From Octopus vulgaris (lineage: Eukaryota), in assembly GCA_951406725.2 (NCBI GenBank), contig OX597820.1, forward strand, positions 88,226,001-88,290,000: a DNA stretch of 64,000 nucleotides, given 5' to 3'. Both the position numbers and the translations under genes were made by a program. Numbering within the stretch: position 1 is the first letter of the stretch; every line of letters begins with the position of its first letter. The notes beneath the pieces are model-generated. The model was not told the DNA's origin and did no database searches. It saw only the letters and a list, made by a program, of their open reading frames with translations. Positions 24,388 to 37,709 of this stretch are shown here, piece by piece.

Positions 24388-24389
24388 TC

Positions 24390-24950
24390 ATTTCGTGTTC
24401 GTCGTTTGACGCTCTCATGGACACGTCGCCACCAATCCTGCACCAATCTTAACATTTTACAGACAGCTGGAGCCTATTCTCAGATATCATATCTCCACAA
24501 TTTTCATCTCGTCTATCCACTTCATGGATGGTCTTCCTTCTCTCTTGAACTGTTGTATTTTTTTTTATATCATCTCATAACATGACCAAACTATAAGAGC
24601 AATAATTTAAAATACAAAGAATAAAATCTTTGTGTTTGAGCTAATTGTTCTTCTTCCCAACTCAAATTATCTGGCAGCACGTTTCATATGCATCAATTTC
24701 CTTTCTTATTATGTTTGTTAATTGTCCAACTTCCGTACATATACATCGTTATAGGATATCCCAAGATGTTTTCAACAAACTCTACTTTGTTCTTTGAGAC
24801 ACTCCTTAATCGTTCATAAATATCTATAGTTCTATCATAGCAGTCTTTTCCCACAGTTGTTCTTCTAATTTCGTTTGAGTATCTCTCATCTCTTTCAACT
24901 TTGGACCTCAGAAAAATAAACTGAACCTTTACTTCTATTGCCTGGTCACG
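24390..24950 (-). mobile_element. Decayed RTE LINE 3' region
   Basis: FGHVMR...REGRPSMKWIDE-like translation. Confidence 0.6.
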
Positions 24951-25362
24951 ATTTTAAAGTCAATAACTAGACTTTTAATTTTTAAATCAATAACTAGACT
25001 TTTAATTTCTTTTTTCTTTCAATCTTAAGGTGGTGAGCTGGTAGAATCGCTAGCACGCCAGGCAAACAGCGTCGCGGCTTTTCGTCCGTCTTCACTTTTG
25101 CGTTCAAAATCTGTCGAGGTCAACTTGCCTTTTATCCTTTCGGGATCGATGAAATATGTACCACTTGATTCCTGGAGTCGATGTGATAGACTTAATCTCT
25201 CCATCGAAATTTCTGGCCTTGTTCCAAGATTTGAAATCAATATCTTCTTTCAAATTAAGGCGGCGAGTTGTTTATACGGATATTTTATCCCTTAAGGTTT
25301 TGGTCGGCCCGAGGCTGCAGTAGAAGACACTTTCCCAAGGTGTCACGCAGTGGGACTTAACT

Positions 25363-26510
25363 CGGATGATATTTTGCCATCTTTCTGACAACTTCATGGT
25401 TCCGCGCTCATAGAACTTCTGATCCTTGTCAGCCAAAAACTGAAACAAGTGCGATTTCAGGTCATCATCATCATTATTGAAAGTTCTACCGGTGAAAGAA
25501 TTTTGCAAACTTCGAAATAAATAGTAATCTGATGGTGCAACGTCAGGACTATATGGTGGATGGGACATCACTTCCCATCCAATAATTTTTCACTCGCAAA
25601 GATGTGTGTGGTCTAGCGTTTTTTACGGTGGAACACGGTTCCTTTACAATTAGCAAATTCTGGCCGTTTTTCTTTGATTGCTTCCCTCCAGTTTCATTGG
25701 TTGTTGATAGTAAACATCAGAATTGATCGTTTGGTTCTTTGGAAGCAGCTCAAAATGCACAATACCTTTGTAATCGCAACAAATTGACAGCATGACCTTT
25801 TTCTGATGCAATTTAACTTTCGATGGGGTTTATGCTGGTTCATTACACCTGGACCATGATCGTTTTCGATTGATGTTATTGTGGACAATTCATTTTTCAT
25901 CATCAGTGAGGATTCGTTTCATTGCGTTTGAGATATATATCGCAAATATTGATTCGTTGTGTTGAGTGAATCTCTTTCAATTTATGTAGAACCTAAATAT
26001 CGTGCTCCTTAATGAGTCTAAGACATTTTAAGTGATTTCCAATTGTGTGTGATACATTTAACCCCTCTGCAATCTCTCGTTCAGTTATATGACAATCAAT
26101 TATGGCTTTGATTCGGTCATCACCAACTTCAGTAGGTCGACCAGAACGTTGGTCATCTTTGAGTGAAAAATCTCCAAAACGAAATTTTAAAAACAATTTC
26201 TGACATGTGCGTTCAGTTAAGCAATCAACACCTTAAACTTCACATATCTCTTTCGTGAGCCTCAGCAGCTTTCTTGGCTTGAGGGAAATAAAATAGGAAA
26301 ATATGGTGAAAATGTTCCTTTTGAACTCCCTGTTAAAATTGACACTGAACTAACAGCTGTAAACAAAATTTCGCGCAATTTGCTTCTAAAGTAAGCTAAA
26401 AGTAACAGCTATCAAACGTCAAAAGGAAAAAAATCATCACATTTTCAAAAGTCATCAAAGCAATCGTAACTCTATTTGCGAAAAACGAAATTACTTTCTT
26501 ACCAACCCAA
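25363..26510 (-). mobile_element. Mariner transposon (Hsmar1/cecropia-like), decayed
   Basis: HPPYSPDVAPSDYYLFRSLQN, GDFSLKDDQRSGRP; TIR ttgggttggtaagaaagtaatttcg next to TA. Confidence 0.9.
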
Positions 26511-27314
26511 TATATATATATATTGTTGTATTTGGGGATGGTAATTTTTTCATTTTAGCAAATAGAGACTCGGACATTGTTTAGAAAATAATTTTCATTT
26601 TTAACCTAGTGTATAATACGCACTAGGAATTTTGACCTTTACACACACACACACACACACACAGAGAAAGAGAGAGGTGCAGGTGTGGATGTGTAGTAAG
26701 AAGTTTGTTTCCCGACTTCATTGTTACGGGTTCAGTCCCACTCTGTGGCATCTTGGACAAGTGTTTTCTTTTATTAGCTCAGGCCGACCAAGGCCATGTG
26801 AGTGGATTTCGTCAACTGTGTGTATGTGTGTGTGTGTATGTGTCGTTATATCTGTGTTTGTCTTCCATCCTCCGACCGTTTGACAACCGGTACTGGTGTG
26901 TTTGCGTTCTTATAACCTAACGGTTCGGCAAAAGCGACCGTTAGAATATTTACCAGTACTTTTGAAAAAAAAATGTACTGAGGTCGATTAGTTCTTCTAA
27001 TATTCTTCAAGGTGGTGTTCCAGCATGGCCACAGTCTAATGACTGAAACAAAAGTAAAAAAAATATATGCATGCATTTATGTATGTATGTATGTATGTAT
27101 GTATGTATGTATGTATGTATGTATGTATGTATGTATGTATGTATGTATCTGTCTAACAATCAATAAATCAATCAATATATATGTGTATGTGTGTGTGGGT
27201 GGACGTATTAATCGATTGATAGAGAAATTACATGCCTGTATCTCTAGCAATCGATCAATATGTTCACTCACAAACGCACGAGTTTCATACATATATTTGC
27301 ATACACACACTTAC

Positions 27315-27370
<56 letters not shown>

Positions 27371-27373
27371 ATA

Positions 27374-27723
27374 CACTGCCGGGTTTAGGACAAAATGAAG
27401 CCCTGTGCTAGTTAAGTTATGAGGCCCCCTTACTTAAGAAGGTCCTTACTTGGCCCCTTTATGTTAAAAAAATTGCGTGTAGAAGCGTTCACATTACTCT
27501 TCACTCTTTTACTTGTTTCAGTCATTTGACTGCGGCCATGCTGGAGCACCGCCTTTAGTCGAGCAAATCGACCCCGGGACTTATTCTTTGTAAGCCCAGT
27601 ACTTATTCTATCGGTCTCTTTTGCCGAACCGCTAAGTGACAGGGAGGTAAACACACCAGCATCGGTTGTCAAGCAATGCTAGGGGGACAAACTTAGACAC
27701 ACAAACCCATACACACATACATA

Positions 27724-27760
<37 letters not shown>

Positions 27761-28096
27761 GACAGGCTTCTTTCAGTTTCCGTCTACCAAATCCACTCAC
27801 AAGGCATTGGTCGGCCCGGGGCTATAGCAGAATACACTTGCCCAAGATGCCACGCAGTGGGACTGAGCCCGGAACCATGTGGTTGATTAGCAAGCTACTT
27901 ACCACACAGCCACTCCTGCGCCTATATTAATGATTTCACTTTTATAACTTTTAGGAAAAACATTTGAAGGTTTTAACATTTGAATAATTCATCGAAAAAA
28001 ACATGTGAGAGCAGTCAGATGGTCCCCCGCTCCCACTCCTGGTCAGCGGGGCCCTGTGCTTAAGCACACCAAAGCACAATGGTAAATCCAGCACTG
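27374..28096. mobile_element. hAT-like MITE containing a SINE A insertion
   Basis: TIRs ca.tgc.gg.ttta, near-8-bp TSD cacacata/cacacacg, gggccc subterminal motifs. Confidence 0.6.
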
Positions 28097-28116
28097 CACA
28101 CACGCGCGCGTAGATA

Positions 28117-28624
28117 CCGTAAGTTCTCGAGTATAGTCCGTCCTTGAGTATAATACGTAGGGGATTTTTAGGGGGCTGTACCTCTGAAAAAAAAAAAACC
28201 TTGTGTATAATACGCACCTTTTCTCTAACTTGAGTCAAGAAAGTTTATATAACGTCCTTGGTTTGTAAAAATGTATACGGTAACGTCCTTTATTGTTATT
28301 GTATATATAACATAATGCAAATGTGTAGCTTTTTTGTGCATTTTGTTTGCAGGAAATAAAGAAATAACAGTAATCAGTAATAACGTTTAATAAATGTTGC
28401 TTACTGCAAGTTATGGATGATTTTTTTATGACTTCATTGCTTTCAGGCTTAGCTTAATGTATTTTCGCGCCCGACCTCACAAAATGCGTCTGAATAAGCA
28501 AATAGAGACTCGGACATTGCTTAGAAAATAATTTTCATTTTTAACCTCGTGTATAATACGCACTAGGAATTTTGACCTTTAAATTTTGGGGGAAAAAATG
28601 CGGATTATACTCGAGGATTTACGG
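28117..28624. mobile_element. Tc1/mariner-superfamily (Tc2/pogo-like) non-autonomous element; fragment also at 26558-26640
   Basis: TIRs ccgtaa.t.ctcgagtata.tccg, TA TSD, internal gtataatacgcac repeats. Confidence 0.85.
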
Positions 28625-29208
28625 TACTTAAGCGTGTTCTCTGTTTGTGGCGTTTTCTGTGCAAGGGAGAGAAGCGATGAAAGAATATTTTCTCCTCCCG
28701 TTTTTGGAAATTAACTTTTTAAAAAAATAGCATCGTGATTCTGCTATTATTTTAAATATTTAATTAAATTTCATCTTCAGCATTTAATTTCTCTTTATTT
28801 GCAGACAGCTGAATCGACACTTCGTATAATCTTGTGTGTAATATGTCTCAAAGAATTAAGTCTCTGTATTAATTAACCATGCTCTATTTGACAATGAATG
28901 TTAAAAAGAAGAAGAAAAAGTAGATAAGAATATTTGATAAAATGATTTGATAAAAATCGATAAAATCGATAAAAGTAGAAAAAAATAGTTTACAAAAACC
29001 GATAGCTTTTCTTTGGTTTCAAATCGGATAGGAAAAGAAAAGGTGTATATAACTGATTAAATGATTAGAACATGCATAATATATCTTCTCTCTGCAAAGG
29101 GATTCGAGTAATACAAAAGATCGCCTCTGAGTCAGGCAAATAATTCGGAAATAATGGCAAATGATTTTGGTTTCAATCGTTGTGCGCGCGCGCGCGTGCA
29201 TGTGTGTG

Positions 29209-29268
<60 letters not shown>

Positions 29269-29364
29269 TGTGTCCTCTTCGATCTGTTGTTCTCCGCCTG
29301 CAAGCGCGTGCTACTCTAAGTTTCTGGAGGAGAGCCCTCCCCTAAACATATTATGTTTAAACAG

Positions 29365-29745
29365 GAGTCCGGACAAAACTTCATTAGGACAAAATCCTAC
29401 AAGCACAAAACTTCATTAGGACAAAATCCCACAAGCACAAAACTCCACTAGGACAAAATCCTTCAAGAGGAAGACCATGGAGGAATTTCTGAATGGTGTA
29501 AGACACAGCATCAGGTTGTAGTAAAATGAACTTTAAATGAACTTCAACACTTAATGATGTTTTCAATATTTTATTTGTTTTAATTTTTCAAAGATACAGT
29601 ATGATATTCTTTTTACTATGCTCATTGTTGTGATTGATGTAATAGTTTAACCCAGTAATAGGGGTTTCGTCCTCCGGGATGTTTTTCCTCGGTTTTTAAA
29701 ATTTTTTTAATGGGTTATGTCCTTGTGGAGTTTTGTCCTACACTC
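29365..29745. mobile_element. MULE/foldback-like MITE with subterminal tandem repeats
   Basis: Ends gagt..ggacaaaact.ca inverted; about three 31-bp tandem units cacaaaacttcattaggacaaaatccYacaag. Confidence 0.55.
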
Positions 29746-30251
29746 GTCTTGATAAGAGATGGAAGAATACTTTCCATAAATGTGCTGCTTCTAAATAAAC
29801 GACGGGATGGCAACACTTGCAACAACAGTGATCATAGGTCTTTTGGACGAGAGGTGATCTATGATCAACGTTATCCCAGCCATGACCATCCAATCCTTTA
29901 TTCGGATGAAGTGCATCTAGGACTATATTATGTAGCATATCCCTCTTTGTTATTTATTAGCCGCTGGTCTGCATTAATCCAAATGCCTATGCTCAAAGAC
30001 TTCCAGCCGTGACCTTCCTATAATTTATCTTAATACAGTTTATATGAAGCTATATGATACAATATATCGTTCGTTTTTAAAGACAGAAATATGTACAGTA
30101 TGTGTAATTTGACTGCTATTTCTAGCAGCTCAAGCAACTACATTCAAGCTCTAGCGTCCTAATAGTTTATTTTTAAATATCCTTCGCTTTGTAACCATGA
30201 GGTCCCGGACTCGATCCCACTGCGTGGCAGCTTGGGCACATGTCATTTTCT

Positions 30252-30884
30252 TATTTCTTTACTGCCCACTAGGGGTTACACACAGAGGGGACAAACAAGG
30301 ACAGACAAACGGATCAAGTCGATTATATCGACCCCAGTGCGTAACTGGTACTTATTTAATCGACCCCGAAAGGATGAAAGGCAAAGTCAACCTCGGCGGA
30401 ATTTGAACTCAGAACGTAGCGGCAGACGAAATACCTATTTCTTTATTACCCACAAGGGGCTAAACACAGAGGGGACAAACAAGGACAGACATAGGTATTA
30501 AGTCGATTACATCGACCCCAGTGCGTAACTGGTACTTAATTTATCGACCCCAAAAGGATGAAAGGCAAAGTCGACCTCGGCGGAATTTGAACTCACAACG
30601 TAACGCAGACGAAATACCGCTAAGCATTTCGCCCGGTGTGCTAACGTTTCTTATTTCTTTATTGCTCACAAGGGGCTAAACATAGAGGGGACAAACAAGG
30701 ACAGACAAACGGATTAAGTCGATTATATCTACCCCAGTGCGTAACTGGTACTTATTTAATCGACCCCGAAAGGATGAAAAGCAAAGTCGACCTCGGCGGA
30801 ATTTGAACTCAGAACGTAACGGCAGACGAAATACCGCTAGGCATTTCGCCCGGTGTGCTAACGTTTCTACCAGCTCGCCGCCTT
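30252..30884 (-). mobile_element. SINE B head-to-tail trimer inside a SINE A fragment
   Basis: Three units flanked by a single perfect 13-bp TSD catgtcattttct (30239-30251 / 30885-30897). Confidence 0.9.
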
Positions 30885-31422
30885 CATGTCATTTTCTATA
30901 GCCTCGGATCCATTCATAGCTCATGACCGAAACTGGTATTGAAGCCTATCTGCTAGGATGTAGCCGTATGTGAAACGGTAGAGCTTTGTCACTCTGTGAG
31001 ACGCTGATTTTGCCTGAAATTTACGTCAAGAATACACACATGCCTATGGAATGATCAGCTAGAACCCTTTGGGGTATTTCCTAGTTCAGAGCTGATTTGT
31101 GGATAAATAGCAACAATAATGACAAGGAAGAATAGCGTAAATACTTTGTGTGAATAAAAACTAGGATGGTCACAACAACAACATGTAAAAACAGCATCCC
31201 TCCGGCCCACCAATACAATAACACTATGTAACAATTTCTTATTTTTGTTTTTGGTCAGTAAGTGTTATTTCCTTTTAGCTCCTATCTAGAAATCAAACGA
31301 AACGACTACTCTTTCCTTCAAATTTTGCTTCTGTGACTTAGACATCGATGTTTTGGAACTAACCTATTTTTCATTACGTTTCAGATAGATTCAGCGCTGA
31401 GTTGTTGGAACAGAAATATCCA

Positions 31423-31858
31423 CTTTTTTTTCTAGTCTAGGCACAAGGCCTAAAGTTTTTGGAGAGGTGGGGCCAGTCGATTAGATTGACCCCAGTACGC
31501 AACTGGTACTTAATTTATCGACCCCGAAAGGATGAAAGGCAAAGTCGACCTCGGCGGAATTTGAACTCAGAACGTAGCGACAGACGAAATACCGCTAAGC
31601 ATTTCGCCCGGTGTGCTAACGTTTCTTATTTCTTTACTGCCCACAAGGGCTACACATAGAGGGAACAAACAAGGACAGACAAACGGATTAAGTCGATTAC
31701 ATCTACCCCAGTGCGTAACTGGTACTTATTTAATCGACCCCGAAAGGATGAAAGGCAAAGTCGACCTCGGCGGAATTTGAACTCAGAACGTAATGACAGA
31801 ACGTAATGCTGCTAAGCATTTCGCCCCGTGTGCTGACGATTCTGCCAGCTCGCCGCCA
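31423..31858 (-). mobile_element. SINE B dimer
   Basis: Junction aaagaaata|agaaacgttagc; the distal unit ends in the alternative tail aggccttgtgcctag. Confidence 0.85.
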
Positions 31859-32969
31859 TCTTGAAATAGAAATATCGTTGTAGCAAATATTCTACTCAAT
31901 ATCACAGATTTGCTTGTCAGTTGTTTGGCCTTAACCACTTTGGGGTTTGAATAAATGGAACAGAAGCAAAGTTTGACGAAAATATTAGCCATGTTTCATA
32001 CTTCCTACGGATAAGCAAATAGGAAATAACAGTTGTTACTCAAAGACAAAATCGTGATACATAATGTATTCAGTGGCGACACTACGAGGAGTTTAAGTGA
32101 AGATCGAATGTCTCTATGGATCCGCTATCCTATTGCATGCCATGAGACCCTAAAGAGATAGAACTGACGTATGTGAAACCGTATAGCCTTGTCACACAGC
32201 GCCTCAAACACCACTGTCGCCGGCACCTTCACCGTATCCACCTCCACCACATCCACCTTCGCCGCATCCACCTCTGCTGCTGCCTCTACCGCCGCCGCAG
32301 CCGCCACCTCCATCGCTGCCATATACACTGTCGCCACGCCGCCACCATCGTCCCTGCCGCTGCCATCGCCGCCACTCTCGACATCGTCGCCGCCGTCGCC
32401 ATCGCCCACGCCTTCTCCATCACAGCCACCGTCGCCATCGCCGTCGCAATTGTCGTCGCTATCGTTGCCACCATCGCCGCTGCCACGACGACGACGCCCA
32501 CCTACACCACCACCACAACAACAACAACAAACAAGAAAAATAACACAAATTATGACATGAGCCGACCAGAAGACTCTAGGTCAGTTATAGGCAACTTGCG
32601 ACCCGCGGGGGCTTTCTGAATGGCCCGCCTAAAGAAAAATTACCTGGAATTTATTTATAGCGCAACCCACCAGACGATGAACCATGTCGCATGCTACCTG
32701 CTTCTCAAAATGTCGTCTATACCTGAAGCAGTCAATCAACCTGTTGGAAACAGCAACAAAACCTCCCCTGAGTCATTCCCTACTACAATGGTTCTCAACC
32801 AGTTCTTACCCACGACACTCTTTTATAACTATTTCAATCTGTTGGCTCTCAAGAAATATTTTCAAAGAAATTTCTTTCAAAATTCTGAATCTGTGGTCGA
32901 AAATATGCTAAACTAAGTTAGACATTACAGAAAAAAACCTGTTTTTCTTCTTTTTTTTTTTTTTTGCAA

Positions 32970-33192
32970 TACTCTTTACTCTTTTACTTTTTTACTTGTT
33001 GAAGTCATTTGACTGTGGCCATGCTGGAGCACCGCCTTTAGTCGAGCAAATCGACCCCCAGGACTTATTCTTTGTAAGCCTAGTACTTATTCTATCGGTC
33101 TCTTTTGCCGAACCGCTAAGTTACGAGGACGTAAACACACCAGTATCGGTTGCCAAGCGATGATGGGAGGACAAACACAAACGCACAAATAC

Positions 33193-33262
<70 letters not shown>

Positions 33263-33429
33263 ATATATATATGTGGTAAATAGCTTACTTACCAACCACA
33301 TGGTTCCGGGTTCAGTTCCACTGCGTGGTACCTTGGGCAAGTGTCTTCTACTATAGTTCCAGGCCGACCAAAGCGTTGTGAGTAGATTTGGTAGACGGAA
33401 ACTGAAAGAGGCCCGTCGTATATCTATGT

Positions 33430-33480
<51 letters not shown>

Positions 33481-33669
33481 TCTCCCAACCATCGCTTGAA
33501 ACCGATGCTGCTGTGTTAACGCCTTTGTAACTTAGCAGTTTAGGAAAATAGACCGATAAAATAAGTATTAGGCTTACAAAGAATAAGTCCTGGCATCGAT
33601 TTGTTCCAGCATAGCTACAGTCAAATGACTGAAACAAATAAAAGTATTTGTGTGCATACATACATATAT

Positions 33670-33725
<56 letters not shown>

Positions 33726-33903
33726 GTATGTATGTATGTATGTATATATAGAACGGGCTTCTTTCAGTTTCCGTCTACCAAATTCACTCACAAGACTTTG
33801 GTCGGCCCGAAGCTATAGTAGAAGACACTTACCCAAGGTGCCATGCAGTGAGACTGAACCCTGAACCATGTACTTGAGAAGCAAGCTTCTTACCACATAG
33901 CCA
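32970..33903 (-). mobile_element. SINE A with a second SINE A (+, ~33271-33645) nested in its internal (TA)n
   Basis: The 3' half (32970-33200) and 5' half (33750-33903) of a minus copy flank a plus copy. Confidence 0.75.
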
Positions 33904-33914
33904 AAGATTCCAAC

Positions 33915-34340
33915 TTTTTACCTGCAGAAATAATGGTTCCTGTTTGCCAATGAATTTGTTGACTTGCTGCCTGACAAAGTTGTTCGTTTTGTGTTCTGTG
34001 TACGGAATGTGCAATAACATTTTAAACCACTTGTGCTCAAATGCCTGAACCCTTCCTTCCAAATCCCCTGTGAGAATTCAGCTGTCACACTCACGCACAA
34101 AGACTCAAGTTACCAAGGACTTGTACACTTTGAGTCTCGTTGAACACCCCAACGATACTGAAGTGTCCGTGGAATTCTCAGTTACTTAAATGCTATAATG
34201 CAAGTGCGAGCCCCGTGAGTCAGAGTGTCCTCTTCCTGCGCATCTCCATCGCTATCCCTCCGGAGCAACACTTTTTCCGTCTTGTCTGTCGGGTCATAAG
34301 GCGGTCTGACTTACAAGAAATTGTACGTTCTGCTTCTTAA
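33915..34340 (-). mobile_element. Decayed RTE LINE fragment
   Basis: MEGRVQAFEHKWFKMLLHIPYTEHKTNNFVR. Confidence 0.7.
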
Positions 34341-35010
34341 CGTGAAGTTACTCTTAATAAGAGTAGGGAGGGATATTTTCTCTTTGACAGTCACTTTTCA
34401 ATTTCTTCACTTTTTATTTCAATTGATTTCATATTTGGTGTATTGGTGTAGTTTTGTAAAGTAATCACTGGCGTGAAATTCATTTTCGCTATAGATAAAT
34501 AAAGAGTTAATAGATTTTAATGTTTGTAAATTTTGGGTAATTTTAGCCAATCGAAAGCCACAGACATATAGGCGCCTGTTTCCATAGTAACAAGCTAAGT
34601 TGTTACCAAGATACTTACTACGTGTTCTTTTTGTCGCTTATTAAATACTTAAAACACACGAGGTGATCATGAGATGTGCTAAAAATAACACCTAAATAGG
34701 CTTTAAATCACGCACGAAAATTTTTGATTTGGTTTTTGCATAATCGTATGAATTCCCGTGAACAGAATACAAATTTGAAAAAAGTTTCTGAAAATTCCCA
34801 GAAATAAAAAAAGTTATGAAGGGCTATATGGCGTGTGTAAAGCCGAATTCCGCCAATATTTTATGTGTTTAAGGCGGCGGGCTGGCAGAATCGTTAGCAC
34901 GCCAGGTGAAATGCGTAACCGTATTTCGTCTTCCGTTACGTTCTGAGTTCAAATTCCGCCGAGGTCGACTTTGCCTTTCATCCTTTCGGGGTCGATTAAA
35001 TAAGTACCAG

Positions 35011-35900
35011 GGATCTTTTCAATTCTGAAGCCAGGACCACAGATCTTTCTACTTAACTAAATAATCTGAAACTTCGTATGCTGATAGAGTCTAGCAAAAC
35101 AAGACACAGGTTGGAACTAGTTTATTTGAGAAAAATCTATTTTATGACTTTAATCGTAGATTAAAACTGCGAATTTTAACCAATCAGATTGTTTGTTTTC
35201 ATGTGTAAAACTTGACTGCATTCTATTAGTGTGACGTAGAAAGCGCTTTTGTGACGTACTAACGTTCGTTTGAAAACTGTAAACAAACACAGAACGTAAC
35301 GGCAGACGAAATACGGCTACGCATTTCGCCCGGCGTGCTAACGTTTCTGCCAGCTCTTTGCTTTTTAATATTAAATTTCTTGCCTTTTGCACAAATAAAT
35401 ACAATAAGTGAAATGAAACGCATTAGCTTAGAAACGAAATCTTGTTAGAAGCCTCGTCACTGAGATGCCACTTCTTAATAGCAAACGAAAGCAAGTACTA
35501 ACAGAATGGAAACATTTTCAATTTAATACATGTGGCTTATTAACTAGTTTTAAATATTGTTATTAGAAGGTGGCTGACTATAGGATCCTGGAAACATGAG
35601 TACGTTAAATAATTAGAAGGAGATTTCACGGAGACATGCGGCTTGTTTACATTTAAGATGTTTAATACGTCACCAAATTGGTGGTCGAGACGGAGTAAAT
35701 AAAATAAAGCCGAATGACGGAATATCATTGGTTAAAATTCTAATTATTAAACAACGTTAAACTTAGAAGTTACAATTCCGTTTTCATTCTGGTTTACAAT
35801 TAAGTTTACTTTTGACACATTCTACCAGTATACGAAGTTTCAAATTGTTTGGTTCAGTAGGAAAAATTTGAAAAAACTGGCTTCAGAATTGAAAAGATCC
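35011..35900. mobile_element. Merlin-like non-autonomous DNA transposon splitting a SINE B (34872-35987)
   Basis: Perfect 24-bp TIRs ggatcttttcaattctgaagccag and 8-bp TSD agtaccag (35003-35010 / 35901-35908). Confidence 0.85.
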
Positions 35901-37709
35901 AGTACCAGTTAATCGATTTAATCCCTTTGTCTGTCCTTGTTTGTTCCCTCTATGTTTAGCCCCCTGTGGGCAACAAAGAAAGAAATATTTCATTTGTTTA
36001 CAGTTGATAACACATGCTGTCATGCACAGAATGACAACTTCCAAATCCTGTTTTCTGATTGGGTAAAAATGATCAAACTTTAAATCTCTGTGACTTTTTT
36101 AAAATGTGAATTATCTCTTGAGATTCAGCATGGAAAATTACATCAATACACGAAATTTTAAAATTTTCACTAAACCTTAAAATTTCCACAGGTTCTGCTA
36201 AACAGAAAAGACCCTGCTGAAACACTCGTCGAAAGGGACGGGGAAAGCTTTTGTTTATAAATCTACTAGATCAAGATGGCCCAAAGCTAAACACAACACC
36301 CTCCAAGCATGTTGTTAACCTTTCAATAAACACTAATAAAACACTGCGTTCCCTTAAAAGGTGTTGTTGTTGTTGTTGTGGTGGTGGTGGTGGTGGTGAT
36401 GGTGCTGTTGCTGCTGGAAATATGGCGGTGGCGATGGTAGAAGAGGTGGAGGTGGTGTTGGGTGTAGTGTACTGGTAGGGGTGTTGGTGCTGCTGCCAGG
36501 AAGTGGGGTTGATGGTGGTGGTGGTGGTGTTGGTGCTAGTGGGGCCCAATGCTGGTGTTGCTGATGAAGTGGTTGTTGCTGGTGGTGTTGATGGTGGTGG
36601 TGGTGGTGGTGGCAATGTTGGGGGTGGTTTTACTCAAGCTGGTGGTGGAGATGTTGGTGGTGGAGATGTTGTTTGTTGCGGGAGATAAGAGTTCAGTTGT
36701 CTAATTCAACAGTTTGGAGACAGAATTAATGTTTGTGTTGGCGCCAGTAGCTGGAGAAGTCTGACCTAGAGCAAGGACACCTGGGTTCTCAGTCAGTCGG
36801 TCGGCAGGGGTGAGGTGGAGGGGTGGGAGGCGGGAGCGAGCGGTCGGGCGAGTGGGAACAAAGAAAAGAAAGACAAAAAGAAATCAATCAAAAGCGCAAT
36901 GAGCAAAACACATACACACACACATTCACACACATGCGCACACACAAATATACTTACACACATAAATACAATCACACATACACACTCACTCCCAACAGAG
37001 AGAGAAAGTGATGGGTTAATTGGCAGTTAACTGTTTGTTTTTCACAGGGGCAAAGTTCAATGAAGGAGAATGCGCAGAAGTGTTAGACCAGTGATCCGCA
37101 ACACTTATTTATTTATTTATCTCTCAATTCTTCACCCTGCTGTTCCTTTCTATTGTCCTTCTCTCTCTCTCTCTCAATATATATTGGTATACAGATGCCC
37201 CCTTCGAAATTTCGCTAATCCTAGTCTCGATACGCCGCCACACACAAAACATTACTTTCACACAATAGGATTATTTGTGGTTGTGTGTGTTTCAGAGAAA
37301 GAAAGAAAGCGAGAAGGAGAGAGAGAGAGAGAGAGAGAGAGAAAGAAAGAGAGAGAAATGTGGTATGATAGAGACGGAGAGGGAGAGAATCGGTACTTCA
37401 TACTTACACTGAACCTTTTTTCCTCTCCTTCATATTCTGTCCCACACTCATCATCTGCAACCAAAAGAAAGGGCAAGAAAGCGCCAGATTTGATCATCCT
37501 TTCAGACCTCATTAAAGCGGGAAAATTAACATCGCAGCAGCCTGACATTAGCATTCTATTCATCTTTCAAGGCTTTTGTGAAGAAAGCAACGTTTGACTA
37601 CGTCGATTCCAATACATGGCTGGTACTCATTTTATCGATCCGTGTAAGATCGAAACGTAAAATCGACTTCAGCGATATATGAACAAAGAATGTAAAGATA
37701 ATACAATTG

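Noticed and set aside
30197-30884. CRISPR-like or tandem gene array
   Set aside because: Units are ~185-230-bp SINE B copies with no unique spacers and no cas genes; eukaryotic context.
32125-32619. Pro/Ser/Ala-rich or His-rich ORFs
   Set aside because: Degenerate trinucleotide tract open in many frames, without splice or domain support.
36251-36688. Poly-Pro/Gln transcription-factor-like ORF on the minus strand
   Set aside because: Low-complexity (GGT/GTT)n; non-ATG start and no DNA-binding domain or linked exons found.
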